Shown here piece by piece: positions 7,632-17,761 of a stretch of DNA of 64,000 bases. Positions within the stretch are counted from its first letter, which is position 1, and each line of letters opens with the position of its first letter. A program made the position numbers and the translations under genes. Under the pieces are notes generated by a model. That model was not told where the DNA came from. It saw nothing but the letters and a program-made list of their open reading frames with translations, and made no database searches. The DNA comes from Ruminococcus sp. UBA3665 (GTDB lineage: Bacteria > Bacillota > Clostridia > Oscillospirales > Ruminococcaceae): assembly GCA_002373165.1 (NCBI GenBank), contig DFJS01000067.1, forward strand, positions 1,380-65,379. The letters run 5' to 3'.

Positions 7632-9101
7632 TTGACAAATATTCTTTTTGCGGCCTCTGAGTGTGTACCGTTTGTCAAAACCGGCGGCCTTGCGGATGTT
7701 GTCGGCGCACTGCCGAAAAATCTGGACAAGGAACGCTTCGATGTCCGTGTGATTATTCCCTACTATACCTGCATTCCCGGCAGATACAGAAATTTCTTTC
7801 ACTATCGCCATCATTTCTTTATGGATTATGCAGGCCGTCAGGAACATGTCGGCATTATGGAATATGAATATCACGGCATTAAATATTATTATGTAGACAA
7901 CGAATACTACTTTAACGGCGAAACACCTTACAGCAGTGACATGCGCTGGGATATCGAACGCTTTACGTTTTTCTGCAAGGCAGTCCTGGCCATGATGCCG
8001 GTTATCGGATTCCGTCCGGATATTATTCACTGCCACGACTGGCAGACAGGCCTGATTCCTGTGCTGCTGCACTCTACTTTTGCAACACATCCGTTTTATC
8101 AGGGTGTAAAAAGCATTATGACAATTCATAACCTGAAATTCCAGGGCGTATGGAGCATTGACGAGTTCCAGCACAACACACAGCTGCCGGACTACATGTT
8201 CACGCCGGACAAGCTGGAATTCCACAAAGATGCCAATATGCTCAAAGGCGGCCTTGTGTATGCTGACTATATCACTACTGTCAGCGAAACTTATGCAGAA
8301 GAGATTAAAACACCGGAATACGGCGAACATCTTAACGGCCTTCTGGCATCACGCAAAATGTCTCTGCGCGGCATTGTCAACGGCATTGACTACAGCATTT
8401 TTGACCCCAAAAATGACAAGAAGATTTTCTATAATTATGATATCAATGATGTCATTACCGGCAAGGCCGAAAACAAGCGCAAGCTTCAGGAAGAACTTGG
8501 TCTGGAGCAGGACGGCCGCAAAATGCTCATCGGCCTGATTTCCCGTCTGACAGACCAGAAAGGCCTGAATCTGCTCAGTGATGTATTTGAAGGCAGATTT
8601 CTGGATGACAACACGCAGTTTATCCTGATTGGCACGGGCGATCCGGGTTACGAGAACACATTCCGGTATTTTGCCGGACGCTATCCGGGCAACGTATCGG
8701 CGAATATCTGCTATAATGACGAACTGGCGCACAAGCTTTATGCCGCAGCAGATATGATGCTGGTACCCTCGCGGTTTGAACCCTGCGGCCTGACACAGCT
8801 GATTTCCCTGCGTTACGGTTCTGTCCCGCTGGTACGCGAAACAGGCGGCCTGAAAGACACAGTTCAGCCTTACAACGAATTCGAGCTGACCGGCACGGGC
8901 TTCACGTTCAAAGAATTCTGGTCAGAAGCATTCTTGGGTTCTGTGAACTATGCAAAATCTGTTTTCTTCAATTATCGTGACAACTGGAATGATATGCTCC
9001 GCCGGGGTATGCAGCAGGACTTCTCCTGGAACAGCTCGGCAAAACAGTATGAAGGCATGTACGAGTGGCTTCTTGGCAAATATGCAGGAAATTCAAACTG
9101 A
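7632..9101 (+). CDS. glgA: glycogen/starch synthase (ADP-glucose type, GT5)
   Basis: 489 aa. N-terminus NILFAASECVPFVKTGGLADVVGALPK, and C-terminal PSRFEPCGLTQL...GGLKDTV motifs. Confidence 0.93.
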   Translation: MTNILFAASECVPFVKTGGLADVVGALPKNLDKERFDVRVIIPYYTCIPGRYRNFFHYRHHFFMDYAGRQEHVGIMEYEYHGIKYYYVDNEYYFNGETPYSSDMRWDIERFTFFCKAVLAMMPVIGFRPDIIHCHDWQTGLIPVLLHSTFATHPFYQGVKSIMTIHNLKFQGVWSIDEFQHNTQLPDYMFTPDKLEFHKDANMLKGGLVYADYITTVSETYAEEIKTPEYGEHLNGLLASRKMSLRGIVNGIDYSIFDPKNDKKIFYNYDINDVITGKAENKRKLQEELGLEQDGRKMLIGLISRLTDQKGLNLLSDVFEGRFLDDNTQFILIGTGDPGYENTFRYFAGRYPGNVSANICYNDELAHKLYAAADMMLVPSRFEPCGLTQLISLRYGSVPLVRETGGLKDTVQPYNEFELTGTGFTFKEFWSEAFLGSVNYAKSVFFNYRDNWNDMLRRGMQQDFSWNSSAKQYEGMYEWLLGKYAGNSN

Positions 9102-9197
9102 TAATTTACAGATTTCTGACCGGAAGCATTCTGTTTCCCGGCAGATCATAAATTCTGACAACCTCTTTTTCTTCTTTTTATCACTCCTTTTCAGGGA

Positions 9198-9236
9198 AGA
9201 AGTGCCGCGCATTTTCTGTGCGGTACTTCTTTTTCT
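9198..9236 (+). terminator. intrinsic terminator after glgA
   Basis: Stem AGAAGTGCCGC/GCGGTACTTCT followed by TTTTTCT. Confidence 0.65.
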
Positions 9237-9288
9237 GTTGCTATTTTACAAAAAATCAGGGATTGGCATCAAAAAAACAGCACTTGTC

Positions 9289-9317
9289 TTGACTTTCCGC
9301 TGCATTCGGGGTATAAT
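9289..9317 (+). promoter_or_regulatory. promoter of the polysaccharide locus
   Basis: TTGACT-17 nt-TATAAT, 40 nt upstream of the first gene. Confidence 0.65.
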
Positions 9318-9356
9318 AAAACTGTTGTTATTTTTTTATAAAGGGAGTTCTTTTGA

Positions 9357-10136
9357 TTGAAACTGATTCAAGAATTATATGCTTACCGCGAAATGATTTT
9401 CAGCCTTGTGCGGAAAGATTTGCGCGGCCGATACAAAGGCAGTGTACTGGGATTTCTCTGGACATTTATCAACCCGCTGTTTCAGCTGATTATTTATACC
9501 ATTGCATTTTCATTTATTCTGCCCAGTCCGATTGAAAAATATTATCTGCATTTATTTGTTGCGCTGATTCCGTGGATTTTCTTTTCTTCCAGCGTACAGG
9601 GCGGAGCAAATTCGATTATGGCGGCAAAGAATCTTGTCTCTAAAATTTACTTTCCGCGCGAGGTCATTCCCATTTCCTACGTCACAGGCTGTTTTGTCAA
9701 CATGCTGCTGACGTTTATTATTATTTTTCCAGTTGTTATTTTTTCAGGAGTCGGCCTGAATCTGAAAGCAGTTGCCTGTCTGCCGATTGTCATGCTGGCG
9801 GAATATATCATGGCTCTGGGGCTTGCACTGTTATTTTCGGCAGTTACAGTTTTTTTCCGGGATATGGAACATATTCTGAATATTATCACAATGGCCTGGA
9901 TTTATCTGACCCCTGTGCTGTACCCGATTGATATGATTGCTGACGAGAATATTCAGAAATTATTTTATCTCAATCCCATGACATCTGTCATTGTAGCTTA
10001 CCGCGATGTGCTGTATTATGCCAGAACGCCGGATTTTTCCACACTTGTCACTGCGTTCCTGTTCGGCATTGCAAGCCTGCTGTTCGGCGAACTGATTTTC
10101 TCAAAACTGAAAAAAAGCTTTGCGGAGGTGCTGTAA
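9357..10136 (+). CDS. ABC-2 type polysaccharide/teichoic-acid export permease (Wzm/TagG family)
   Basis: 259 aa with a TTG start after an AAGGGAG RBS. N-terminus ...LVRKDLRGRYKGSVLGFLWTFINPL is typical of ABC-2 permeases, with 6 predicted TM helices. Confidence 0.88.
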   Translation: MKLIQELYAYREMIFSLVRKDLRGRYKGSVLGFLWTFINPLFQLIIYTIAFSFILPSPIEKYYLHLFVALIPWIFFSSSVQGGANSIMAAKNLVSKIYFPREVIPISYVTGCFVNMLLTFIIIFPVVIFSGVGLNLKAVACLPIVMLAEYIMALGLALLFSAVTVFFRDMEHILNIITMAWIYLTPVLYPIDMIADENIQKLFYLNPMTSVIVAYRDVLYYARTPDFSTLVTAFLFGIASLLFGELIFSKLKKSFAEVL

Positions 10137-10138
10137 TC

Positions 10139-11383
10139 ATGAACCCGGAAAATTCAATTGAAGTCCGCAATGTCAAGAAAAAATTCAAGATTTTCTACGA
10201 CCGCGGCAATGATCTCAAAGACAGAATTCTGTTCCGGAACAGAAATCACTATGAAAACAGATGGGTTCTGAACGGCATCAGTTTCAGTGTCCGGAAAGGC
10301 GAGGCCATCGGCCTTATCGGACACAACGGCTGCGGCAAAAGCACAACCCTGAAACTGCTGACAAAAATTCTCTATCCGGACGAGGGAACTATCGAAATGG
10401 ACGGGCGTGTTTCCAGCCTGATTGAACTGGGAGCCGGCTTTCATCCGGATATGACAGGAAGAGAAAATATTTATACCAATGCTTCTATTTTCGGCCTGAC
10501 CAAAAAAGAAATCGATGCCAGAATTCAGGAAATTATAGATTTTTCCGAACTGGAAGAGTTTATCGACAATCCTATCAGAACATATTCTTCCGGCATGTAT
10601 ATGCGGCTGGCGTTTTCCGTTGCCATCAATGTAGATGCAAATATTTTATTAATTGACGAAATTCTGGCAGTCGGGGATGCCAATTTCCAGAGAAAATGCT
10701 TTGACAAGCTCCGCGAAATCAAATCCCACGGCACGACTATCGTCATTGTTTCCCATGCGCTGGAACAGATCGAGCAGATCTGCGAAACTTCCTACTGGAT
10801 TGAAGATGGCCTGATTAAAGATCATGGTACACCCAAAGCCGTACATGACCATTATCTGAAAAATATGGAGGAAAAGCGCAGTCAGCAGCTGGAAAAACAG
10901 CATCATCAGGAAAATCAGAAGCCGCAGAAAGAAACTCTTCCGGATTTCTGTGAAGCATCCGCCATCCGCATGGGAACAGGTGCTGTCCGTTTTACCAATG
11001 CGCTGCTGTGCAATGCAGAAAATCAGAAACAGTTTATTTTCAATACAGAAGACAAGCTGAAAATTATTCTGGAATACGAATCCCATCAGCCGGGACTGAA
11101 AGGCAATTTCGGCTACGGCATTTTCCGGGAAGACGGTCTGCACTGCTACGGAACTAATATTTTAATCGAAACAGGCGAATGCATTCCCATTCAGGAACAC
11201 GGCCGGCTGGAAATTACTGTACAGAATGCACTGCTTCCGGCAAAATATTTTCTTGATATTGCCGTGCATTCCCACGATGGTATTATTTTTGATGATATCC
11301 GGCAGGTACTGTCATTTGCAGTCACGTCCGATCATTATGATATCGGCGTATGCCGGCTGCATTCGGAATTTTCTTGGAGGTGA
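10139..11383 (+). CDS. polysaccharide export ABC ATPase with a C-terminal glycan-binding-type domain (Wzt/TagH family)
   Basis: Walker A GHNGCGKST, signature YSSGMYMRLAF, Walker B ILLIDE. An extra ~160-aa C-terminal beta-rich domain resembles the Wzt C-terminal domain. Confidence 0.88.
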   Translation: MNPENSIEVRNVKKKFKIFYDRGNDLKDRILFRNRNHYENRWVLNGISFSVRKGEAIGLIGHNGCGKSTTLKLLTKILYPDEGTIEMDGRVSSLIELGAGFHPDMTGRENIYTNASIFGLTKKEIDARIQEIIDFSELEEFIDNPIRTYSSGMYMRLAFSVAINVDANILLIDEILAVGDANFQRKCFDKLREIKSHGTTIVIVSHALEQIEQICETSYWIEDGLIKDHGTPKAVHDHYLKNMEEKRSQQLEKQHHQENQKPQKETLPDFCEASAIRMGTGAVRFTNALLCNAENQKQFIFNTEDKLKIILEYESHQPGLKGNFGYGIFREDGLHCYGTNILIETGECIPIQEHGRLEITVQNALLPAKYFLDIAVHSHDGIIFDDIRQVLSFAVTSDHYDIGVCRLHSEFSWR

Positions 11384-11387
11384 TTTT

Positions 11388-12479
11388 TTGCGTCTGTACA
11401 CCAAAATACTGCATTTTCTGCTCCGGGATCTGTACGCCCGCAGCGATGCCGCCAGACAGGAAACTACAGCTGTTTCCGAAACACTGCACAGCCGGCTTGC
11501 AGAACAGGAAAACCATCTGCAACAGGCCGATCAGGACAGGCAGATTTTGGAAGAAAAAATCATACAGCTGGAACAGGAACTTTCCCAAATTCAGAATCAA
11601 TTTCGGGAATTTCTGGAATCTTCCAATTCTGCCCATGACGAACGGGCTGCGCGTTCTGAAAATCGTCTGGACTGTCTGGAACATTACAGAAGCGAAACAG
11701 AAAAGCGTATGCAGTCCGATGACGAAACAACTCTGGGGATTTCCCACAGAATTGAATTACTGGAAACTGCTCTGAGAGAATGCCATATTTATGAAAATCC
11801 TTTGCAGTTATTCAATAAAAAAACTTATTCACAGGCCGGAGAAGATGCTATTCTTCTCTATGCATGTGCCATGCTGGGAATTCCTCCGGAACAATGCACG
11901 TATCTTGATCTTGGTGCAAACAAGCCCGTCGAAATGAGTAACACTTATTTCTTTTACGAACAGGGTGCACGGGGCGTTTTATTAGAGGCCAATCCTCTGC
12001 TGATTCCTGCACTGAAACAGCAGCGTTCCGGCGATGTGATTTTAAACCAGGCTGTTTCCGACAAAGCCGGAGAAACTGTTCTGTTTCATATTCTGAATCT
12101 GGACGGACTGTCCCGTATCGGCGATGTTTCTGAAATCCTCGCGGAAAACCCGGCGGCAAAGCTGGAACAGTCTATTGAAATCCGGACAACCTGCTATAAT
12201 GATATCATCCGGAATTATTTTGCTTCTCATGCGCCTGTAATTCTGAATCTGGATATCGAAGGTCTGGAAATGCAGATTCTTCAAAGCATGGATCTGGAAC
12301 AGTTCCGGCCGCTGTTTATTATTATCGAAATGATTCCCTATTCCCGGAAACTTACCGCCGGAATCAAAGATGCAGAATTATTGCAGTTTCTGGAATCCCG
12401 GCATTATATCGAATATGCCTTTACGGGCATCAATTCTGTTTTTATTGATCAATATCAGTATCAGACACTAACATCCTGA
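11388..12479 (+). CDS. coiled-coil protein fused to an FkbM-family methyltransferase
   Basis: The track ORF starts at 11226 but overlaps wzt. A TTG at 11388 follows a GGAGGTGA RBS. The N-terminal ~130 aa are heptad-rich (LEEKIIQLEQELSQIQNQF), and the C-terminus is FkbM-like (YLDLGANKPVEMSNTYFFYEQGARGVLLEANP). Confidence 0.75.
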   Translation: MRLYTKILHFLLRDLYARSDAARQETTAVSETLHSRLAEQENHLQQADQDRQILEEKIIQLEQELSQIQNQFREFLESSNSAHDERAARSENRLDCLEHYRSETEKRMQSDDETTLGISHRIELLETALRECHIYENPLQLFNKKTYSQAGEDAILLYACAMLGIPPEQCTYLDLGANKPVEMSNTYFFYEQGARGVLLEANPLLIPALKQQRSGDVILNQAVSDKAGETVLFHILNLDGLSRIGDVSEILAENPAAKLEQSIEIRTTCYNDIIRNYFASHAPVILNLDIEGLEMQILQSMDLEQFRPLFIIIEMIPYSRKLTAGIKDAELLQFLESRHYIEYAFTGINSVFIDQYQYQTLTS

Positions 12480-12496
12480 AAGGAGTGCTCCGGTCA

Positions 12497-13006
12497 ATGC
12501 AGACCATCAATACAGAAGAAATCATGAATCAGATTCGTGCTGAAATCAAAGCCAAAGGGCTGGACAGTTCCATGCTGTCATTTGAAGAAATTCCCTTTGC
12601 GCCGGAAGTCAGCCGTGCCGACAGCCAGTTTCAGCCAGAATCGCTCCGGCAGAGTGCCGAATATTTAAGCATCCGGAATCAGATTGAGCCTTATAAGCCC
12701 ATCGAAGGGAATTTTCTGGTCGTTTTCATCAAGAAAGTCATCCGGAAACTGGTTAAATTTTATATCATGCCTATTATGACCGAACAGAATGCCCTGAATC
12801 TGCACACAGCAAACGCAGTCCAGCAGATGCAGAATTATATCCGCGGCAGACAGGATGCCGATCAGGTGGATATGACTGCACTGATTTCCCGGATTGACGA
12901 GCTGGAAGCCAGACAGGCCGCCAATAAACAGGAGATGGCTGCACTGCGGAGTCAGATCAAGGCACTCCAGGCCGAAAATCAGGAACTGAAAGGGCTGAAA
13001 TTATGA
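12497..13006 (+). CDS. hypothetical coiled-coil protein
   Basis: ATG at 12497 after an AAAGGAG RBS. The C-terminus is RIDELEARQAANKQEMAALRSQIKALQAENQELKGL. It is translationally coupled (ATGA) to the next gene. Confidence 0.6.
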   Translation: MQTINTEEIMNQIRAEIKAKGLDSSMLSFEEIPFAPEVSRADSQFQPESLRQSAEYLSIRNQIEPYKPIEGNFLVVFIKKVIRKLVKFYIMPIMTEQNALNLHTANAVQQMQNYIRGRQDADQVDMTALISRIDELEARQAANKQEMAALRSQIKALQAENQELKGLKL

Positions 13007-14085
13007 GAATTATCCAGTTTCTTCCGACACTTGCGTTCGGCGATGCCGTCGGCAACGATACGGTTGCGCTTCAGAATGCCATGCGCGAACTCGGCTATGA
13101 AACAGCCATCTATGCCGAAGCGGTCGATCAGCGGCTTCCGAAAGGCACAGCTTCTGATCTGTGCGCCGGAATGCCCGAACTCAGCCCGGAGGATGTAATT
13201 TTATATCACATGTCCACGGGGTCAAAATTAAATTATCAGCTGGAGCAGTATTCCTGCCGCAAAATGATGATTTATCACAATATCACGCCGCCGCATTTCT
13301 TTCACGGCTACAACGCACAGGCAGAGGCAAATGCACAGTATGGCCTTGAAGGGCTGAAACATCTTGCCGGAAAAATAGATTACTGTCTGGCCGATTCTGA
13401 TTTCAACAAAGCCGATTTGAGAAAAGCCGGCTTTTCCTGTCCGGTTGATGTCCGGCCGATTCTGATTCCCTTCTCAGATTATGAAAAAAAACCGGATGCA
13501 CATATCATGAAAAAATATTCCGATGATTATCAGAATATTATCTTTGTCGGCAGAATTGCTCCCAATAAAAAACAGCAGGATTGCATTGCGGCATTTGCAT
13601 TTTATAAAAAATATATCAATGCCAGATCAAGATTAATTTTTGTCGGAAACTGGGGCGGTATGGAAAAATATTATCAGCGGCTTGTCAGCTATGTTCACGC
13701 GCTGGAGCTGGAAGATGTTATTTTTACAGGGCATATTAAATTCCCGGAAATTCTGGCATATTACAGAACGGCAGATTTATTTCTCTGCATGAGTGAACAC
13801 GAGGGCTTCTGTGTGCCGCTGGCAGAGGCAATGTATTTTCAGGTTCCTGTGCTGGCATACAGCAGCTGTGCCGTGCCGTGGACGCTCGGCGGCAGCGGCT
13901 TTCTGACAGACTCCAAAAATCCTGCCGAAACTGCACTCCTGATGCATAGAATTCTTTCTGATGCAGATTTGAAAAAACAAATCATTGCCAATCAGAACGA
14001 ACGCTTACAGGATTTTCAGTATGAAAAAATCAAAGCTCTGTTTGCGCGGCAGCTGACAGGCTTTTTACAGGAGAAAAAATCATGA
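13003..14085 (+). CDS. glycosyltransferase family 4 (GT-B, EX7E)
   Basis: 360 aa with EGFCVPLAEAMYFQVPVLAY. Confidence 0.85.
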   Translation: MRIIQFLPTLAFGDAVGNDTVALQNAMRELGYETAIYAEAVDQRLPKGTASDLCAGMPELSPEDVILYHMSTGSKLNYQLEQYSCRKMMIYHNITPPHFFHGYNAQAEANAQYGLEGLKHLAGKIDYCLADSDFNKADLRKAGFSCPVDVRPILIPFSDYEKKPDAHIMKKYSDDYQNIIFVGRIAPNKKQQDCIAAFAFYKKYINARSRLIFVGNWGGMEKYYQRLVSYVHALELEDVIFTGHIKFPEILAYYRTADLFLCMSEHEGFCVPLAEAMYFQVPVLAYSSCAVPWTLGGSGFLTDSKNPAETALLMHRILSDADLKKQIIANQNERLQDFQYEKIKALFARQLTGFLQEKKS

Positions 14086-15284
14086 AAAAAATAGCATTTG
14101 TCATTCCGTGGTATGCGGAAAAAATCCCCGGCGGCGCAGAAATGGAAACGCGCGAAGTTACCAGACATCTGCATCAGGCCGGTATGGAAGTGGAAATTCT
14201 GACTACCTGTGTCCGGGAATTCGTCAGCGACTGGAATCAGGATTATTATCCTGAGGGCATCGAAATCATTCAGGATATCCCTGTCCGGCGTTTTAAAGTC
14301 CGCAGGCGTGATACACGCGCTTTTGATGAAATTAATTTAAAACTCATGAACAGAATTCAGCCCTCTCCGGAAGAAGAAAAAATTTTTATCCGTGAAATGA
14401 TCAACAGCCCGGATTTATATAATTATATTGCTTCTCATAAAGATGACTATACGGCATTTGTCTATATTCCGTACATGTTCGGAACTACCTATTACGGAAT
14501 TGCGGCCTGCCCGGAAAAAGCAGTCATGATTCCGTGCTTTCATGACGAGGCCTATTTCTATATGCAGATTTACCGGGATTTATATTCCCGTGCCGCCGGA
14601 ATGATTTTCAATGCCCGTCCGGAACTGGAACTGACTGAAAAATTCTATGATACTTCCAAAATTGAAAAAATTGTCATGGGCATCGGCATGGATGTTGATC
14701 TGAAAACCGAGCCGGAAGCGTTCAGGAAAAAATTTCATCTTCCGGAAAAATTCATACTCTATGCCGGCAGAAAAGATTCCGGAAAAAATGTGCATACATT
14801 ACTGAACTATTTCGGCGAATTCAAAAAGCGCAATCCTTCGGACTTGAAGCTTATACTGATCGGAGGCGGAGAAATCCATATTCCGGAAAGTGCAAAACAG
14901 GATACAATTGATCTGGGATTTGTCGATATTCAGGATAAATACAACGCTTACGGCGCGGCCGAACTGTTATGTCAGCCCTCCAAAAACGAGAGTTTCTCGC
15001 TGGTTATCATGGAAAGCTGGCTCTGCCGCCGTCCCGTGCTGGTGCATGACCAGTGCGCCGTAACAAAGAATTTTGTTCACGAATCCAACGGCGGCCTGTA
15101 TTTCCGCGATTATTTTGAATTTGAAGGCTGTGTCAGTTATTTTCTGCATCACCCGGAAGAATCCGGCCTTATGGGCGAAAATGGCCGGAAGTATGTTCTG
15201 GAGCATTTCGACTGGAATATCATTACGGAAAAATACAGGAGCTTTTTTGAAAAAATAGAACGCCGACAAGGGGAATGCTTATGA
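14082..15284 (+). CDS. glycosyltransferase family 4 (GT-B, EX7E)
   Basis: 400 aa with ESFSLVIMESWLCRRPVLVH; ATGA overlap with the previous gene. Confidence 0.85.
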   Translation: MKKIAFVIPWYAEKIPGGAEMETREVTRHLHQAGMEVEILTTCVREFVSDWNQDYYPEGIEIIQDIPVRRFKVRRRDTRAFDEINLKLMNRIQPSPEEEKIFIREMINSPDLYNYIASHKDDYTAFVYIPYMFGTTYYGIAACPEKAVMIPCFHDEAYFYMQIYRDLYSRAAGMIFNARPELELTEKFYDTSKIEKIVMGIGMDVDLKTEPEAFRKKFHLPEKFILYAGRKDSGKNVHTLLNYFGEFKKRNPSDLKLILIGGGEIHIPESAKQDTIDLGFVDIQDKYNAYGAAELLCQPSKNESFSLVIMESWLCRRPVLVHDQCAVTKNFVHESNGGLYFRDYFEFEGCVSYFLHHPEESGLMGENGRKYVLEHFDWNIITEKYRSFFEKIERRQGECL

Positions 15285-17758
15285 ATACTGTGCCGATTCT
15301 GACAGCTGTCAGCCTGCTTCTTTGCCTGGGAACATGCTTTATCCTGTTCCGGAAACGGCATATTGCCGAAATCCTGACACTTGGCGTATCCTGGTTTTTC
15401 TGTTCGTATATTTGCAGTACTATGCTGCTGTTTCTGCTGAACGTCTTCACGCTGAAACGCGGCATAAAAGCCGCCTGTCTGACTGATGCGGTTATATTTC
15501 TGACAGCGGCTCTGACAAGTGAAAAAATTCCGCTGAAAGAGTATAAAGCCGGATTCCGTCCCGAAGCCGAGCTGCGGATTTTTGTCATTCCTCTGCTGGC
15601 CGCGGTCATCGGAACGCCGTTTATCAGTCAGAAAAACGAACTGTTCGGCATGGGGCAGGATGAAGGTGTTTATCAGTGTACAGCGATTAATTTTATGCAC
15701 GGCTATGACAGCCGACAGCAGGATTTTGAAGAATATCAGTTTCTGGAATCAGAACAATCCCGGCAGAATTTTCAGACTGCTGTGCATAACAAGCTTGTAG
15801 GCTATGATATTCCGGATTATGATTATCCGGAAACGGTATATGACAGAGAAATCAGTCCTGTATCAGGAATTTATCACGGCATTCCGACTTATGCGGCCGT
15901 GCTGGCCTTATGGGGCACGCTGTTCGGCACAGCGCACATGGCGGATGTACAGACAGTATTTTATATTTTAATGCTGTTTCTGATTTGTTTTATCTGCGAT
16001 CAGCTCCAGCTGAAACCGGCATCCAGACTGACGGCGGCAGGGATGGCGGCTTTGTCTCCTGTGGTAATCTGGGTAGCGAAATCTTCTTTGACCGAGATGT
16101 TTCTTGCCGTACTGACAACTTTGTTTCTTTATTTCCTGACAAGCCGAGAATATCCGGAGGAAGCTGTTTTTTCTTATATACCGGTTGCGGTATTCAGCTG
16201 CTATCATGTTTCGATTTATACGCTGATGCCTTATGTCATGATCATCTATGCCGGAATGTATTTTTTCACAAAGAAAAAAACATTTGCAGGACTGCTGTTA
16301 TTTTCCATAGCAGGTTATCCGCTTAGTTATCTGATGATGCGGCATGTACAGCCGTTTTACACAATGAATAATTATCGTTTTGTATTCAACCAGCATATCA
16401 ACATCGGGAATATTACAGAGACGATAGTCATCACAAGCGTTGTTCTGATACTGCTGTGCATGATTTATATTCTGTTTGTCTGGGAATACAAAAAGACTGT
16501 TTCCCTGCAAACATTTCTGGAAAATCCGAAATATCATATTCTGATGCAATGGCTGCTGATCTGTCTGACGGCATTGCCGCTGATTTATATTTTATTCCGT
16601 TCGCTTGCCAAACAGGATTCTATCGAGGGAATTTCTGCCCTGACACTGATTGGCTTTATTCTGAATTCGGGTCTTCTTCTGATTCCGGCGGGATTGATTC
16701 TGATCTTTCTCCGGCCGAAAATTTTTCTGCAAAACGAAAGCACACTGATTATTTTCGTTTCATTTTTCTACTGTGTGCTGATTTATTCGGCATTCCTGCG
16801 GTTTCAGATTGATTATTATTATTATTACGCCCGTTATTTAGTACCGTTTATTCCGGCGGCGGTTCTGTTTGCCGTTACGGCACTGAATCAGGCAGATTCT
16901 AAAATTCTGCTGACTTCTTCTGCCGTCAGTCTGTGTGTATGCCTGCCGTATTCGGGATTTCTGATGACACACAGGGATGATACGCGCATGGAATGGAGCA
17001 TTCTGGAAGATATCACAGACCAGCTCCCGGAACATGCCTGTGTTGTCATCGAAACAGATTCTTTGCCGACACTCTGGCTGCCTGTCCGGGCGATGACAGG
17101 AGCGGCTGTATATCCGGCGGAAAAACATCTGAACAGTCAGTTCCGGACGCTCTCTCAGCGGTATGATAACATTTACCTGATCGGCACAGAAGACTATGCC
17201 TATCAGCTGGATGACAGTCTGGAAATCTGTTATAAAAACACACTGCATTGTTCCGAAGATATGAATCAGGGAAATTTTTCTTCCCTGCCGATGCATTTTG
17301 CAGAAAAAACACAAAATATTTATATATATCGCTATCTGAATTACCAGACTTTCTATACAGCTGAAGATATTGCAGACTTCCGCCTGCACGGCATTGACAG
17401 CTATGCCAAAGACTATTGCTGGACAACCAGTCAGTCCGCAGCTGTCTGTTGTACACTCAGTCCTAAAGATTATGACCTGACTCTTACGCTGGGCGCAACC
17501 CTGCCGCTGAAAGAGATGGGAAAAGAACGCTTTATCATCCGGCTTTCTGTCAACGGCATCATGACAGATTTAAAAGTTCTGACAAGGCAGAACAATCACC
17601 AGACACTTGTATTTCACATTCCGGAAGAATACCTGTCAGACGGCTCGAATATTATCAGCTTCCAGACAGATACATGGCCAGCATCAGTTGTCAATGCGGC
17701 GGATACCAGAATACTGGGCATTCCTCTGCAATCGCTTTTATTTCAGGAAAGGGGCTGA
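15275..17758 (+). CDS. large polytopic membrane protein, probable GT-C fold glycosyltransferase (ArnT/PMT/YfhO-like) with a C-terminal extracytoplasmic domain
   Basis: 827 aa with more than 12 hydrophobic helices. An early loop carries GMGQDEGVY, and the ~200-aa soluble C-terminus follows. Family assignment is by architecture only. Confidence 0.6.
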   Translation: MLMNTVPILTAVSLLLCLGTCFILFRKRHIAEILTLGVSWFFCSYICSTMLLFLLNVFTLKRGIKAACLTDAVIFLTAALTSEKIPLKEYKAGFRPEAELRIFVIPLLAAVIGTPFISQKNELFGMGQDEGVYQCTAINFMHGYDSRQQDFEEYQFLESEQSRQNFQTAVHNKLVGYDIPDYDYPETVYDREISPVSGIYHGIPTYAAVLALWGTLFGTAHMADVQTVFYILMLFLICFICDQLQLKPASRLTAAGMAALSPVVIWVAKSSLTEMFLAVLTTLFLYFLTSREYPEEAVFSYIPVAVFSCYHVSIYTLMPYVMIIYAGMYFFTKKKTFAGLLLFSIAGYPLSYLMMRHVQPFYTMNNYRFVFNQHINIGNITETIVITSVVLILLCMIYILFVWEYKKTVSLQTFLENPKYHILMQWLLICLTALPLIYILFRSLAKQDSIEGISALTLIGFILNSGLLLIPAGLILIFLRPKIFLQNESTLIIFVSFFYCVLIYSAFLRFQIDYYYYYARYLVPFIPAAVLFAVTALNQADSKILLTSSAVSLCVCLPYSGFLMTHRDDTRMEWSILEDITDQLPEHACVVIETDSLPTLWLPVRAMTGAAVYPAEKHLNSQFRTLSQRYDNIYLIGTEDYAYQLDDSLEICYKNTLHCSEDMNQGNFSSLPMHFAEKTQNIYIYRYLNYQTFYTAEDIADFRLHGIDSYAKDYCWTTSQSAAVCCTLSPKDYDLTLTLGATLPLKEMGKERFIIRLSVNGIMTDLKVLTRQNNHQTLVFHIPEEYLSDGSNIISFQTDTWPASVVNAADTRILGIPLQSLLFQERG

Positions 17759-17761
17759 ATC

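Noticed and set aside
11226-11387. Upstream 54 codons of the FkbM ORF
   Set aside because: They overlap the 3' end of wzt in another frame. A GGAGGTGA RBS followed by the TTG at 11388 sits right after the wzt stop.
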